Positions 51,367 to 62,334 of a stretch of DNA of 64,000 nucleotides are shown here, one piece after another. The DNA lies in the NCBI RefSeq assembly GCF_006345805.1, contig NC_042998.1, forward strand, positions 197,470,001-197,534,000, written 5' to 3'. A program made the position numbers and the translations under genes. Positions within the stretch are counted from its first letter, which is position 1. Each line of letters opens with the position of its first letter. The notes beneath the pieces were generated by a model. The model saw nothing but the letters and a program-made list of their open reading frames with translations, searched no databases and had not been told where the DNA came from. This DNA comes from Octopus sinensis (lineage: Eukaryota).

Positions 51367-51687
51367 CCATGCTTATACATCTATAATCTCTCTCTCCCTC
51401 TACATGCCTATGCTTGTGTGCGTGAATGCATGTTTGTATGTGCGTGCGGGTCTGCATGGGTGCAGACCATTTGCTTGTGCGAATCTATATCTTGACCTAG
51501 GTATGTAAAAATTGTTGATGTGTACAGGCGAGTTGTTGTGTTTGGATCTGCAGCATAAATTCGAAGCAATGAATTCAAACATCTATCCAATGAAGGAGCA
51601 TGATTGCTTATCACCTCTAGAAATAGAAGCGAAATTTTTCTATCATTAAGGGAGGGAGAAGGGGAGAATATTTTGGAGAATATACTC

Positions 51688-52110
51688 TCTCTTTTACTCT
51701 TTTACTCTTTTACTTGTTTCAGTCATTTGACTGCGGCCATGCTAGAGCACCGCCTTTAGTCGAGCAAATCGACCCCGGGACTTATTCTTTTGTAAGCCCA
51801 GTACTTATTCTATCGGTCTCTTTTGCCGAACCGCTAAGTCACGGGGACGTAAACACACCAGCATCGGTTGTCAAGCAATGCTAGAGGGACAAACACAGAC
51901 ACAGAAACATATACACACACATACATATATACATATACATATATACGACAGGCTTCTTTCAGTTTCCGTCTACCAAATCCACTCACAAGGCATTGGTCGG
52001 CCCGAGGCTATAGCAGAAGGCACTTGCCCAAGATGCCACGCAGTGGGACTGAACCCGGAACCATGTGATTGGTTAGCAAGCTACTTACCACACAGCCACT
52101 CCTGCGCCTA
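51688..52110 (-). mobile_element. Family C SINE
   Basis: Full C consensus match. Confidence 0.92.
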
Positions 52111-52428
52111 TATTTATAAAAAGGTTTAAAAGAAAACAGACAAGCAAAAAGGAATGTTCGTAGCTTCAAAGTCTTTGATCATAGATATATATGGCAACTG
52201 AAACTGAGCCAGCCAAGGGCTAAACACAACGTTGATAATGATAATGATGAAAGCAATTTCACTAACAAGTAACAACAGTGAACTTTGAAACGTCATGTGC
52301 AGAAGCTGATGGCGATAGGAGGGTTTGTGAGGTGCATGCTTGTACGAAATGAATCACAGTTTAAAAGTGAATTTGTTCTATTTAAGAATTGAAAGTGTGT
52401 CTCGAAGACGTTCCCACATAAAGCTTAC

Positions 52429-52707
52429 CTTTCTGTCTGAGCGAAAGCAGTAGCAACATCTTTTGCCAAACATATCCACAGACTGCCGAGAACTTGTCGA
52501 GAAGTTCAATGAATTGGACACCGAGAACTTTAGACAATAAAAGATCCAACAATGACGTTCACGCTCTGGGAATCTTTTCTCTGGGTAGGTTGGACTACTG
52601 GTCACAACTTCGGTCTCCTGGCATTCAAAGGCCTTACTAATCTGCCGACCGCAATGTTTGTAAAGCCAAAGCCAGAGGCTTGAACTATTGAGAACGCCAT
52701 TCTCTGA
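52429..52707 (-). other. Candidate exon ending in a consensus splice donor; possible start MFGKRCCYCFRSDRK
   Basis: AAG|GTAAGC donor at 52428, a 93-codon stop-free frame, ATG at 52473, and a repeat-poor CpG-containing context. Confidence 0.4.
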
Positions 52708-53897
52708 TTACGTCTTTGCTCTCCGGAACGCCACCGGAACGCTACGCCATTATCATTTACTCGTTGATCACTCTCAACATTCTTCCGGCATCAAACTTTG
52801 TTGGCATACAAGAGATAACGAGCAAGAATAATTCGGGTAGGAACTGTCCAACCCTTAAATTTCATTTCTCAGGTTCTCGCATCAGGATCTAAATACAGTC
52901 ACCGTTTGGTTTATATTTGACTTGACTTGATTTTTATATGACATATGGTAAAACAAAAGCATCGTTGGTTCCAGGTTCTCAATGAACCATTCACTGTTTC
53001 ACTACTTTTTGCTGGCAGCGAGAGCAAAGAAGGAATTTGTGCAACTCGAACTAAATAATATCACGGTGCATTTTCATACAAAAGCACTGGTTTTTCAGTT
53101 TTCTCACAGATGTTTACCATCTTTTGCCAAAGTACATCAGTGGAATACAAACTTGCGCGCATGCACTCATTTTGGCGCCTTTCTCAGTTTTTACCATATT
53201 CTTTCATGCATTTATACAGACGTACATTCTCGTAGATTTATGTTTTTTTTTTTTAAGTGATGGAATTTTGGTTTCAATTCCTTGCTATGGAAAGATTTAC
53301 TAGTAATTTCATCTGCTGGATAGGATGTGGAGAATGAATAAATCTAATTAGCTACTGTTACAAAAAGATTAATCGTAAGTTTGTAACTTTATTACTCTCT
53401 CAAAAATTTGTTGATTTCTTAACCTGTACGAAAAGCTACATCTGTGTAAAACTTTTCAAGTCGGAGGCCACTGCTGTGCAATGAAGGAATCAAACTCGTA
53501 GACCTTGTAATTGCGAAGCGAATATCATGAACAGAACTGTGTCTGTACACCCAAAATGTCTAACATGACACAACTGCCAAAATGCTTATGAAGCTTTATC
53601 GAAGTTTCACTTGGAACTTTTAAAAGAGACCCAAACACATTTGGGCGATCTTTCGTTTGTAGTAGCACGTTTCCGTCGATGATTTCCGTAAAAAAAACTT
53701 TTATTTTTTTACATATGGGCTTGCGGGAACATTTGAAGTAATGAGAGCGAAAGAGACTAAGAGAAAGCGATTTTATGACGAGGGAATTTCTTTTGAAGTT
53801 ACCGAAGCATTGATGTACATGTGTGTGTGTGTGTGTGTGTGTTTGATGGGGTGTGGGAGACAGACAGTATGTTGTGTAAGTGAAGTGCTTCTGTTAG

Positions 53898-54089
53898 TGT
53901 GTGTGTGAAGAGACAGAGTAATGTGTGAAAGAGAGAGATAACTGAAATTTTTTACTCGGTGTATGTGTATATGTATGCATGTATGTGTGTGTGTGTATGT
54001 ATCTATGTGTGTGTGTGTATAAGTATGTGTGTGTGTATCTATGTATGTGTGTATGTATGTATGGCCGATTCAGTGTACACTGAATCGGC

Positions 54090-54121
<32 letters not shown>

Positions 54122-54214
54122 TACATGCATACATACATATACACATATACACCGAGTAAAATAATTTCAGTTATCTCTCTCTTTCACACATTACTCTCTC
54201 TGTCTCTTCACACA
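53898..54214. repeat. Spacer-less palindrome (local fold-back duplication)
   Basis: Centre TGGCCGATTCAGTGT|ACACTGAATCGGCCA at 54076/54077. The arms include microsatellite and ~70 bp of unique sequence. Confidence 0.9.
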
Positions 54215-54615
54215 CAGAAGACACTTGCCCAAGATGCCACGCAGTGGGACTGAACCCGGAACCATGTGGCTGGTTAGCAAGCTACTTACCACACAGCCAC
54301 TCCTGCGCCTATATCACTCGACTTTCTGAAAAAAGTTTTACAGAGATGCCTTTCCGAGGGTGTAGATTACGATTTTAATGATAACATTTTGGTAAAGAAA
54401 TAAATGCATTAGAAGAGTACCTCCCTGACTCCTAGTATCAGTTTACGAAACTTTAGCACTTTTTCCAGTCTTTTTTTGTTTGAAACATGAGCGTATTTAT
54501 GCAAATATTTCATTAAGAAAATACGCATTTTAAAGAAAGTTACGAAGCGTAGATGATGGCACCAAATTGTAACAGCCTTGCTTTGTGTGTGTGTGTGTGT
54601 GTGTATGTACGTATA

Positions 54616-54652
<37 letters not shown>

Positions 54653-54660
54653 TCTTTTAC

Positions 54661-55000
54661 GGTACTACTTGAGAACAGTGGTCCCGGTGCGCGCACTCGC
54701 GTACTCGCGCATCCGCGCCAGCTAGTCGTGACTAGTCGATCCTTACTTTGTGTTTTTGTGTTATTTGTTTAAAAAATTATTTAGTTTGTGTTTTTGTGTT
54801 TTATTTACTTGTTTCAGTCATTTGACTGCGGCCATGCTGGAGCACCGCCTTTAGTCGAGCAAATCGACCCCGGGACTTATTCTTTGTAAGCCTAGTACTT
54901 ATTCTATCGGTCTATTTTGCCGAACCGCTAAGTCACGGGGACGTAAACACACCAGCATCGGTTGTCAAGCAATGCTAGGGGGACAAACACAGACACACAA

Positions 55001-55091
<91 letters not shown>

Positions 55092-55389
55092 TACGACAGG
55101 CTTCTTTTAGTTTCCGTCTACCAAATCCACTCACAAGGCATTGGTCGGCCCGAGGCTATAGCAGAAGACACTTGCCCAAGATGCCACGCAGTGGGACTGA
55201 ACCCGGAACCATGTGGTTGGTTAGCAAGTTTAACAAAAATTATTTACTTCGTGTAGAAAAAAACTATTCATTTTGTGTTTTATTTACTTTGCTGGGTTGT
55301 CGGTGTAGGATCGACTAGTCACGTCTACCTAGCGCGGATGCGCGACTACGCGAGTGCGCGCACCGGGACCGCTGTTCTCAAGTAGTACC
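54661..55389. mobile_element. Mutator-like (MULE) non-autonomous element with a nested family C SINE (~54805-55228)
   Basis: ~85-bp CpG-rich TIRs starting GGTACTACTTGAGAAC, with a 9-bp TSD TTCTT(T/C)TAC at 54652-54660 and 55390-55398. Confidence 0.85.
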
Positions 55390-56020
55390 TTCTTCTACTA
55401 GTTTCTGTCATTGGCTGCGGACAAAAACTGTGGAATTACCTTCAACGAATTTTAGCCGATCCCATCCACTTCAATATATATTTCAGGGCCGTATTTATGT
55501 TACTTCTGTTTGTCGAATCGCTAAGTTAGGCGACATAAAGGGGACACTGCATAAACAACAACAACAGCACCGGTTGTTTTGTAAATAAACACAAACTTAT
55601 CTGTCGGTATCTATATATATATAGGAGAGGCTTCTCCACAGTTTTCTCCTTCACCATCCCACTACAATCCAGGAAACACTATACTACCTCACTTCCACCG
55701 TTATCACCACCACCACCACTACCACCATCCACTTGAATGAAAGATTACTACAACGACACCATCACCAACACCTCCTCCACCAATGCAACCATCGAAATCA
55801 CCACCGCAACTACTACAATACAACCCTGAGCTACAACGTCGTTGCTCACCGCAACTACACACCATCACTGGCGCACTGACCGCCACCGCCACCGCCACCA
55901 TCGTCGTCATGGTGACTCTCAAGTACTGACCTTGACACGCATGTCAAGGTCGCTTGATACTGGAGCGATGACACTCCTAATGCCGTATAAACAAGTAGAC
56001 GGTCTCAAGTTTTACGTAGA

Positions 56021-56410
56021 CTAGCAGTATCGCCCGGCGTTGCTCGGGTTTGTTTCGACCCTTTATAATTGGAATTTTTGAAAAGTAACAATGTTGCATT
56101 ACGTAGCTTGTTATTCTCTTTAAGTGAACATTTTCCTGGTCGAAATACACCGAAAAATGACGACACAGCAGTCAAAAAATCGTAAAAAATAAAGGGGATT
56201 TTCATAGAAAAAAAAGCACCCTTTTGACGTAAATAATTTTTAGTGTTAACATGGTCCAATTTGAATTTTTTCTTCTATGGAAGGAAGAGCAAGCCTTCTT
56301 CTATCATACTCTCAATTTTGGTCAACTTGCGCCGCAGGGTCTCGGAGTAGATAGTGTTAGTCGAAGGCTACCAAACCTGCTATACACAGACAACTTCAGC
56401 TTTATATAGA
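56021..56410 (-). mobile_element. Non-autonomous Helitron (same 3' end as copies 1-3, different body)
   Basis: Minus strand reads A|TCTATATAAAGCTGAAGTTG ... CCCGAGCAACGCCGGGCGATACTGCTAG|T. Confidence 0.82.
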
Positions 56411-57541
56411 TATATATAGAGATTACAAAACGTCTCTTCTACACGTTTGTTATGAAGTGTGGCTCGAATTTATCGGCAGAGTTGTTCAGTTTCACTTTCT
56501 AATGTTTATCTGGCAAAATAATCATACACATTACATTGGTTGGTCTCTGTAGAAACACTCTAGACTGCTGCTCATGTAGGAGCGAAATCTACCTTACATG
56601 TTAATGTTATGTATGTATGTGTGTGTGTGCGTGCGGGTATACGTAATGCATGCGTTCATGTATGTATGAATGCATTCATACCTGTCTATATATAGATGCA
56701 CACACACACACACATATATATATATATACAAACACACACACATATACACACACACATCCATGTATATATATATATACACACACACACATGTATATAATGC
56801 ATGCACATATTTATATGTATGCATATATATATATATATATATATTTAAAAATTAAAAAAAAAATTTTTTCTTTGTTTCAGTCATTTGACTGTGGCCATGC
56901 GGGAGCACCGCCTTTAGTCGAGCAAATCGACCCCAGGACTTATTCTTTGTAAACCTAGTACTTATTCTATCGTTCTCTTTTGCCGAACCACTAAGTTACT
57001 TTAAGTCTGTATTATCATGCGTATAGTTGCATGTTTAGATTTGTGCATTTGTACTTTTAAGCTAAACCTTGTGGAAAGTCCTACATATTTACTTGTAGTC
57101 TTCCAATTAGCTTTTTTTTACTCTTCTGCTTTTGAGAATCCTAATTTCTCAAGCTTGGTGTTGAGGTAGTTGGTTACATAACCATGTCTCCCAATAATTA
57201 CTGGTAAAAAACTTGTAGTCCACATGAAATATCTGTAAATCCCTCAATAGTTCAGCATTTATGCTTTCTTTTTTGCTGAACTTTAATCCTTATGTTGACA
57301 TCTGCTTGGCAACTGACTCCTACTACTCTACATAGTTTCTCTTCTCTGGCCCAAATTACTTTGCCTGCTCTATTATGGTTTAAGGCTTAGGGTTGTTTGT
57401 TTGTGTGTTTGTATCTGTCTACCTGTGTATCTACAGGTAGGACTCTGATGTACAAGGCTTCCTTCTCAATCACACACGTTTCTGGGTTCAGTCCCATAGT
57501 GTGAGTGAATTTGATTGACAGAAACTGAAGAGGGGCTCATG

Positions 57542-57573
<32 letters not shown>

Positions 57574-57590
57574 TCACACACACACATATA

Positions 57591-57701
57591 TCATCATCAT
57601 CGTTTAACGTCCACTTTCCATGCTAGCTTGGGTTGGACGATTTGACTGAGGACTGGCGAACCAGATATGGCTGCACCAGACTCCAATCTGGTTCGCCAGT
57701 C

Positions 57702-57706
<5 letters not shown>
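57591..57706 (-). mobile_element. Family A tail fragment ending in a 19-bp fold-back
   Basis: TGAGGACTGGCGAACCAGA (57647-57665) pairs with TCTGGTTCGCCAGTCCTCA (57688-57706). Confidence 0.8.
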
Positions 57707-57781
<75 letters not shown>

Positions 57782-57933
57782 CACATACATGTATGTATAT
57801 ATATATATGTGTGTGTGTGTGTGTATGTATATATATACATACATACATGTATGTATATATATATATGTGTGTGTGTGTGTATGTATATATATACACATAC
57901 ATACATGTGTGTATATATATATATATATATATA

Positions 57934-60741
57934 TGGGTAGATAAAGTAATTGAGGTAATCAGAGTATGTGACAGAATACTTAAGATTAGATTAGTGCTTC
58001 ATCATAGTTTAGCAACCATTATATCAGCCTATGCTCCTCAGTCGGGGCTACCCGATGGACAGAAAGACCGATTCTATGACACTCTACTGCAGACTACCTC
58101 GTTGACGAACGACAGAGACCTTATCTTTGTGGCTGGAGACTTCAATGGTCACGTTGGACGACATGCTGGGGGCTTCCATGGCGTACATGGAGGCTATGGC
58201 TCCCGAAACGAGGAGGGAACCAGGCTGCTGGAGTTCTGCGATGCAAATAATCTTATGATTTGCAACACTAACTTCAGGAAACCTACCAGCCACCTAGTCA
58301 CCTACCGATCGGGCCAACATACCAGCCAAATTTACTACATCCTTGCAAGGCAAAGGGAGAGATGGCTGCTTATAAATGCCAAAACCTTTCCAGGTGAAGA
58401 ATGTACCCCACAACATAGACTGGTATTTAGTGACTTTAGGATCAGGACTAGGAGGACAACCAGAAGACGACCAATATGGAGAAGAAGGATCTGGAAGCTT
58501 AAAGATCCTGCAAATGGACAGAGATTTAGAGACATATTACTTGAAGCCTCTGACGAAGTAGAAGGGGATAGAGCATCACAGGGGGTAGAAGACAGCTGGA
58601 CGTTTCTAAGGGACAACCTGCTGAGAGCCACTGACCAGATCTGTGGCTGGTGCAAAGTCCCCTCTCGACCTAGAATAACGTGGTGGTGGAACAATATTGT
58701 AGACAGGGCTATTAGAGAAAAGAGACAAGCTTGGAAGGTCTGGAAAAATGGGGGTAGCAGGGAATTGTATCAGACTGCCAAAAGAGAAGCTAAGAGACAG
58801 GTTTATTTAGCCAGAGGGGAAGCAGATAAGAAAAAATTTGCCAATGTTCTGCGCCGTGAGGACCAAAGACTGGAGGTGTTTCGCGTTGCAAGACAGTGTG
58901 TGAGAGAGAATCGTGATGTGGTAGGAGAGAAGTGTGTTCGCATGGAAGATGGTTCACTTGCACTAAATGAGAATGCAAAGAGAGAGGTTTGGAGATGCCA
59001 CTATGAAAGTTTGCTGAATAAAGAAAATGAATGGGATAAAGAGAGTCTGCCGAATGTTGACCCAACAGAGGGACCAGCTATCCGAGTTGATAGTTCCGTG
59101 GTAGCTAAGGCAATTAGAAGCATGAAGACAGGAAAAGCCCCAGGCCCATCAGGAATCACTGCAGAGATGCTCAAAATGTCTGGTAGTGTCGGCTATAGCC
59201 TAGTCACCCATATAGTTAATCAGGTGATACACAAAGGAGTCATACCCAATGACTGGTGTAGCAGCATAATAGTCAACTGCTACAAAGGTAAAGGTGACGC
59301 CCTAGATACAAATAACTACAGAGGTATCAAGCTGTTAGATCAGGTGATGAAGGTTACGGAGAGGGTCATAGCCCAACTAATTAGAGAGAGAGTTAGTTTA
59401 GATGAGATGCAGTTTGGGTTTGTGCCAGGGAAAAGTACTACTGATGCTATATTCCTGGTAAGGCAGCTGCAGGAGAAATACCTAGCCAAAGATAAGCCCC
59501 TGTACCTGGCTTTTGTTGACATGGAGAAAGCTTTCGACAGGGTCCCCCGATCCCTTATCTGGTAGGCAATGAGGAAACTAGGGATAGATGAATGGTTAGT
59601 GAGAGCTGTGCGGGCCATGTATAGGGACGCTGCTAGTAGGGTGAGGGTTGGAAACGAGTACAGTGAAGAATTCCAGGTAGAGGTAGGGGTCCACCAAGGC
59701 TCAGTACTCAGCCCCCTCCTATTTATCATAGTCCTCCAGGCAATAACGGAGGAATTCAAGACAGGATGCCCTTGGGAGCTCCTCTATGCTGATGACCTTG
59801 CTCTAATTGCTGAGTCGCTATCAGAACTGGAGGAGAAGTTTCAGGTGTGGAAACAAGGATTAGAATCGAAGGGCCTCAGAGTCAATCTAGCTAAATCCAA
59901 AGTCGTAATCAGTAGGAAGGTAGACAAATCACAAACGCCTTCAGGTAGATGGCCCTGCTCGATCTGTAGAAAAGGTGTAGGTAGAAACTCTATAAGATGC
60001 ACCAAGTGTAAGCTATGGACACATAAGAGGTGCAGCAATGTCAAAGGAAGGCTAACTAGGAAGATGGTTTTTGTATGTGGCAGATACTCAGGAACAATAA
60101 ACACTGAAAATGCTCTGAGACCAACTTCCGTCACTTTCCAGGGAGAAAAACTAGAAATAGTTGATAGTTTCCGTTACCTAGGTGACCAAGTCAGCAGTGG
60201 AGGCGGGTGTGCTGAAAGTGTAACTGCTAGAGTAAGAATAGCTTGGGCAAAGTTCAGAGAGCTCTTACCTCTGCTGGTGACAAAAGGCCTCTCGCACAGA
60301 GTGAAAGGCAGACTGTATGATGTGTGTGTACGAACAGCCATGCTACATGGCAGTGAAACATGGGCTGTGACTGCTGAGGATATGCGTAAGCTCGCAAGAA
60401 ATGAAGCCAGTATGCTCCGATGGATGTGTAATGTCAGTGTTCATAATCGACAGAGTGTAAGTACCTTGAGAGAAAAGCTGGACCTAAGAAGCATCAGTTG
60501 TGGTGTGCAAGAGAGACGATTGCGCTGGTATGGTCATGTGGCGAGAATGGATGAAGATAGTTGTGTGAAAAAGTGTCACACCCTAGCGGTTGAGGGAACC
60601 TGTGGAAGAGGCAGACCCAGGAAAACCTGGGACGAGGTGGTGAAGCACGACCTTCGAACTTTAGGTCTCACTGAGGAAATGACTAGAGACCGAGTCCTCT
60701 GGAAGTGTGCTGTGCGCGAGAAGACCCGGCAGGACAAGTGA
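57934..60741 (+). pseudogene. RTE-clade LINE ORF (partial APE endonuclease, RT, inserted PHD-type finger), 5'-truncated with one in-frame stop
   Basis: APE motifs ISAYAPQ and [10 protein letters not shown] motifs [37 protein letters not shown] and FRYLG. TAG at 59563-59565 (probably from TGG), with the same frame on both sides. Confidence 0.95.
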
Positions 60742-60814
60742 GTCCATAACCCGTGGCCTTCTACTTGGGATGGAACCAGCCTACGTATTGCATACCTTCC
60801 CTTCTTGGGACACA

Positions 60815-61106
60815 AAACTCTACTTGTGAAGACCTGTTGAGGCAAGTGAGGATCAGAATCGAAATCGATCAATGGAAATTGCAGATGTGTTACCAGTGCC
60901 GGTGGCATGTCGAAACTCTACTTGTGAAGACCCGTTGAGGCAAGTGAGGATCAGAATGGAAATCGATCAATGGAAATTGCAGATGTGTTACCAGTGCCGG
61001 TGGCATGTCGAAACTCTACTTGTGAAGACCCGTTGAGGCAAGTGAGGATCAGAATGGAAATCGATCAATGGAAATTGCAGATGTGTTACCAGTGCCGGTG
61101 GCATGT
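60815..61106 (+). repeat. 98-bp tandem triplication within the LINE 3' UTR
   Basis: Starts at 60815, 60913 and 61011. Copies 2 and 3 are identical and copy 1 differs at 2 positions. Confidence 0.95.
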
Positions 61107-61918
61107 AAGAGAACCTTCCGTTTCGCGACCGTTGCCAGCACCGCCCCATTTCGTGTCCGTTGCCAGCCTCGCCTGGCCCTTGTGCCGGTGGCACATAAAA
61201 AGCACCATCCGTTCGTGGCCGTTTGCCAGCTCTGTCTGGCACCTGTGCGGGTGGCACGTAAAAAGCACCCACTACACTCACGGAGTGGTTGGCGTTAGGA
61301 AGGGCATCCAGCCGTAGAAACATTGCCAGATCAGACTGGGTCTGATGAAGCCTTCTGGCTTCACAGACCCCAGTAGAACCGTCCAACCCATGCTAGCATG
61401 GAAAACGGACGCTAAACGACGATGATGATGATGATGACATACATGTATGTGTATAGGTATGTATATGTATGAGTGTGTGTGTCCAGTCATGTGGGAATAT
61501 TACCTTACTTAGAAACAAAGGTTGGTGACAGGAAGGGCATTCAGCTTTAGAAAATCTACCTCAACAAATTGCATCCAACCCATTGCAACTATGGAAAAGT
61601 GAACCCTAAAATGATGATGATGATGATGATGATAATGCAAATATACTTCATAAAATAAATCCTCAACATATGTTCCCTGACATTACTTTTGGCATAACAG
61701 ACATTATTATGATTATAAAATTAAACTAAATTCAACTTTAGACCCTGACATGTTTCCTGCTTGTGTTCTGAAGGAGTACAGATTTTTTTTACAGGAAATC
61801 ACCATACACAGCTTTTATATCTGAACATTTCCTGTCCTGGTCTTTCATCCCAGTTTTGAAGAAGGAAATGCTGTAAATCCAGTCTCAGTAACCTTTCGTA
61901 TCATTGAATTCTTTGACA

Positions 61919-62322
61919 TAGGCGCACGAGTGGCTGTGTGGTAAGTAGCTTGCTTACCAACCACATGGTTCCGGGTTCAGTCCCACTGCGTGGCACCTTG
62001 GGCAAGTGTCTTCTACTATAGCCTCGGGCCGACCGAAGCCTTGTGAGTGGATTTGGTAGATGGAAACTGAAAGAAGCCCGTCGTATATATGTATATATAT
62101 ATATGTATATGTGTGTATATGTTTGTGTATCTGTGTTTGTCCCCCCAACATTGCTTGACAACCAATGCTGGTGTGCTTATGTTCCCGTGACTTAGCGGTT
62201 CGGCAAAAGAGGCCAATGAATAAGTACTAGGGGTCGATTTGATCGACTAAAGGCGGTACTCCAGCATGGCCACATTCAGATGACTGAAACATTTGAGTAA
62301 AAGAGTAGAGTAAAAGAGTATA
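61919..62322 (+). mobile_element. Family C SINE
   Basis: TAGGCGCACGAGTGGCTGTGTGG head through the AGTAAAAG tail. Confidence 0.92.
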
Positions 62323-62334
62323 GTGTGGTAAGAT

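Larger units (their letters stand above)
57934..61437 (+). mobile_element. RTE LINE copy including the 3' UTR and (GAT)n tail
   Basis: The ORF is followed by a ~700-bp 3' UTR that ends in the family A tail. Confidence 0.93.

Noticed and set aside
57667-57933. N-terminus of the 632-aa ORF
   Set aside because: The ATG lies in an inverted family A fragment and the frame runs through (AT)n/(AC)n. It is not the real LINE start, and the element is 5'-truncated.
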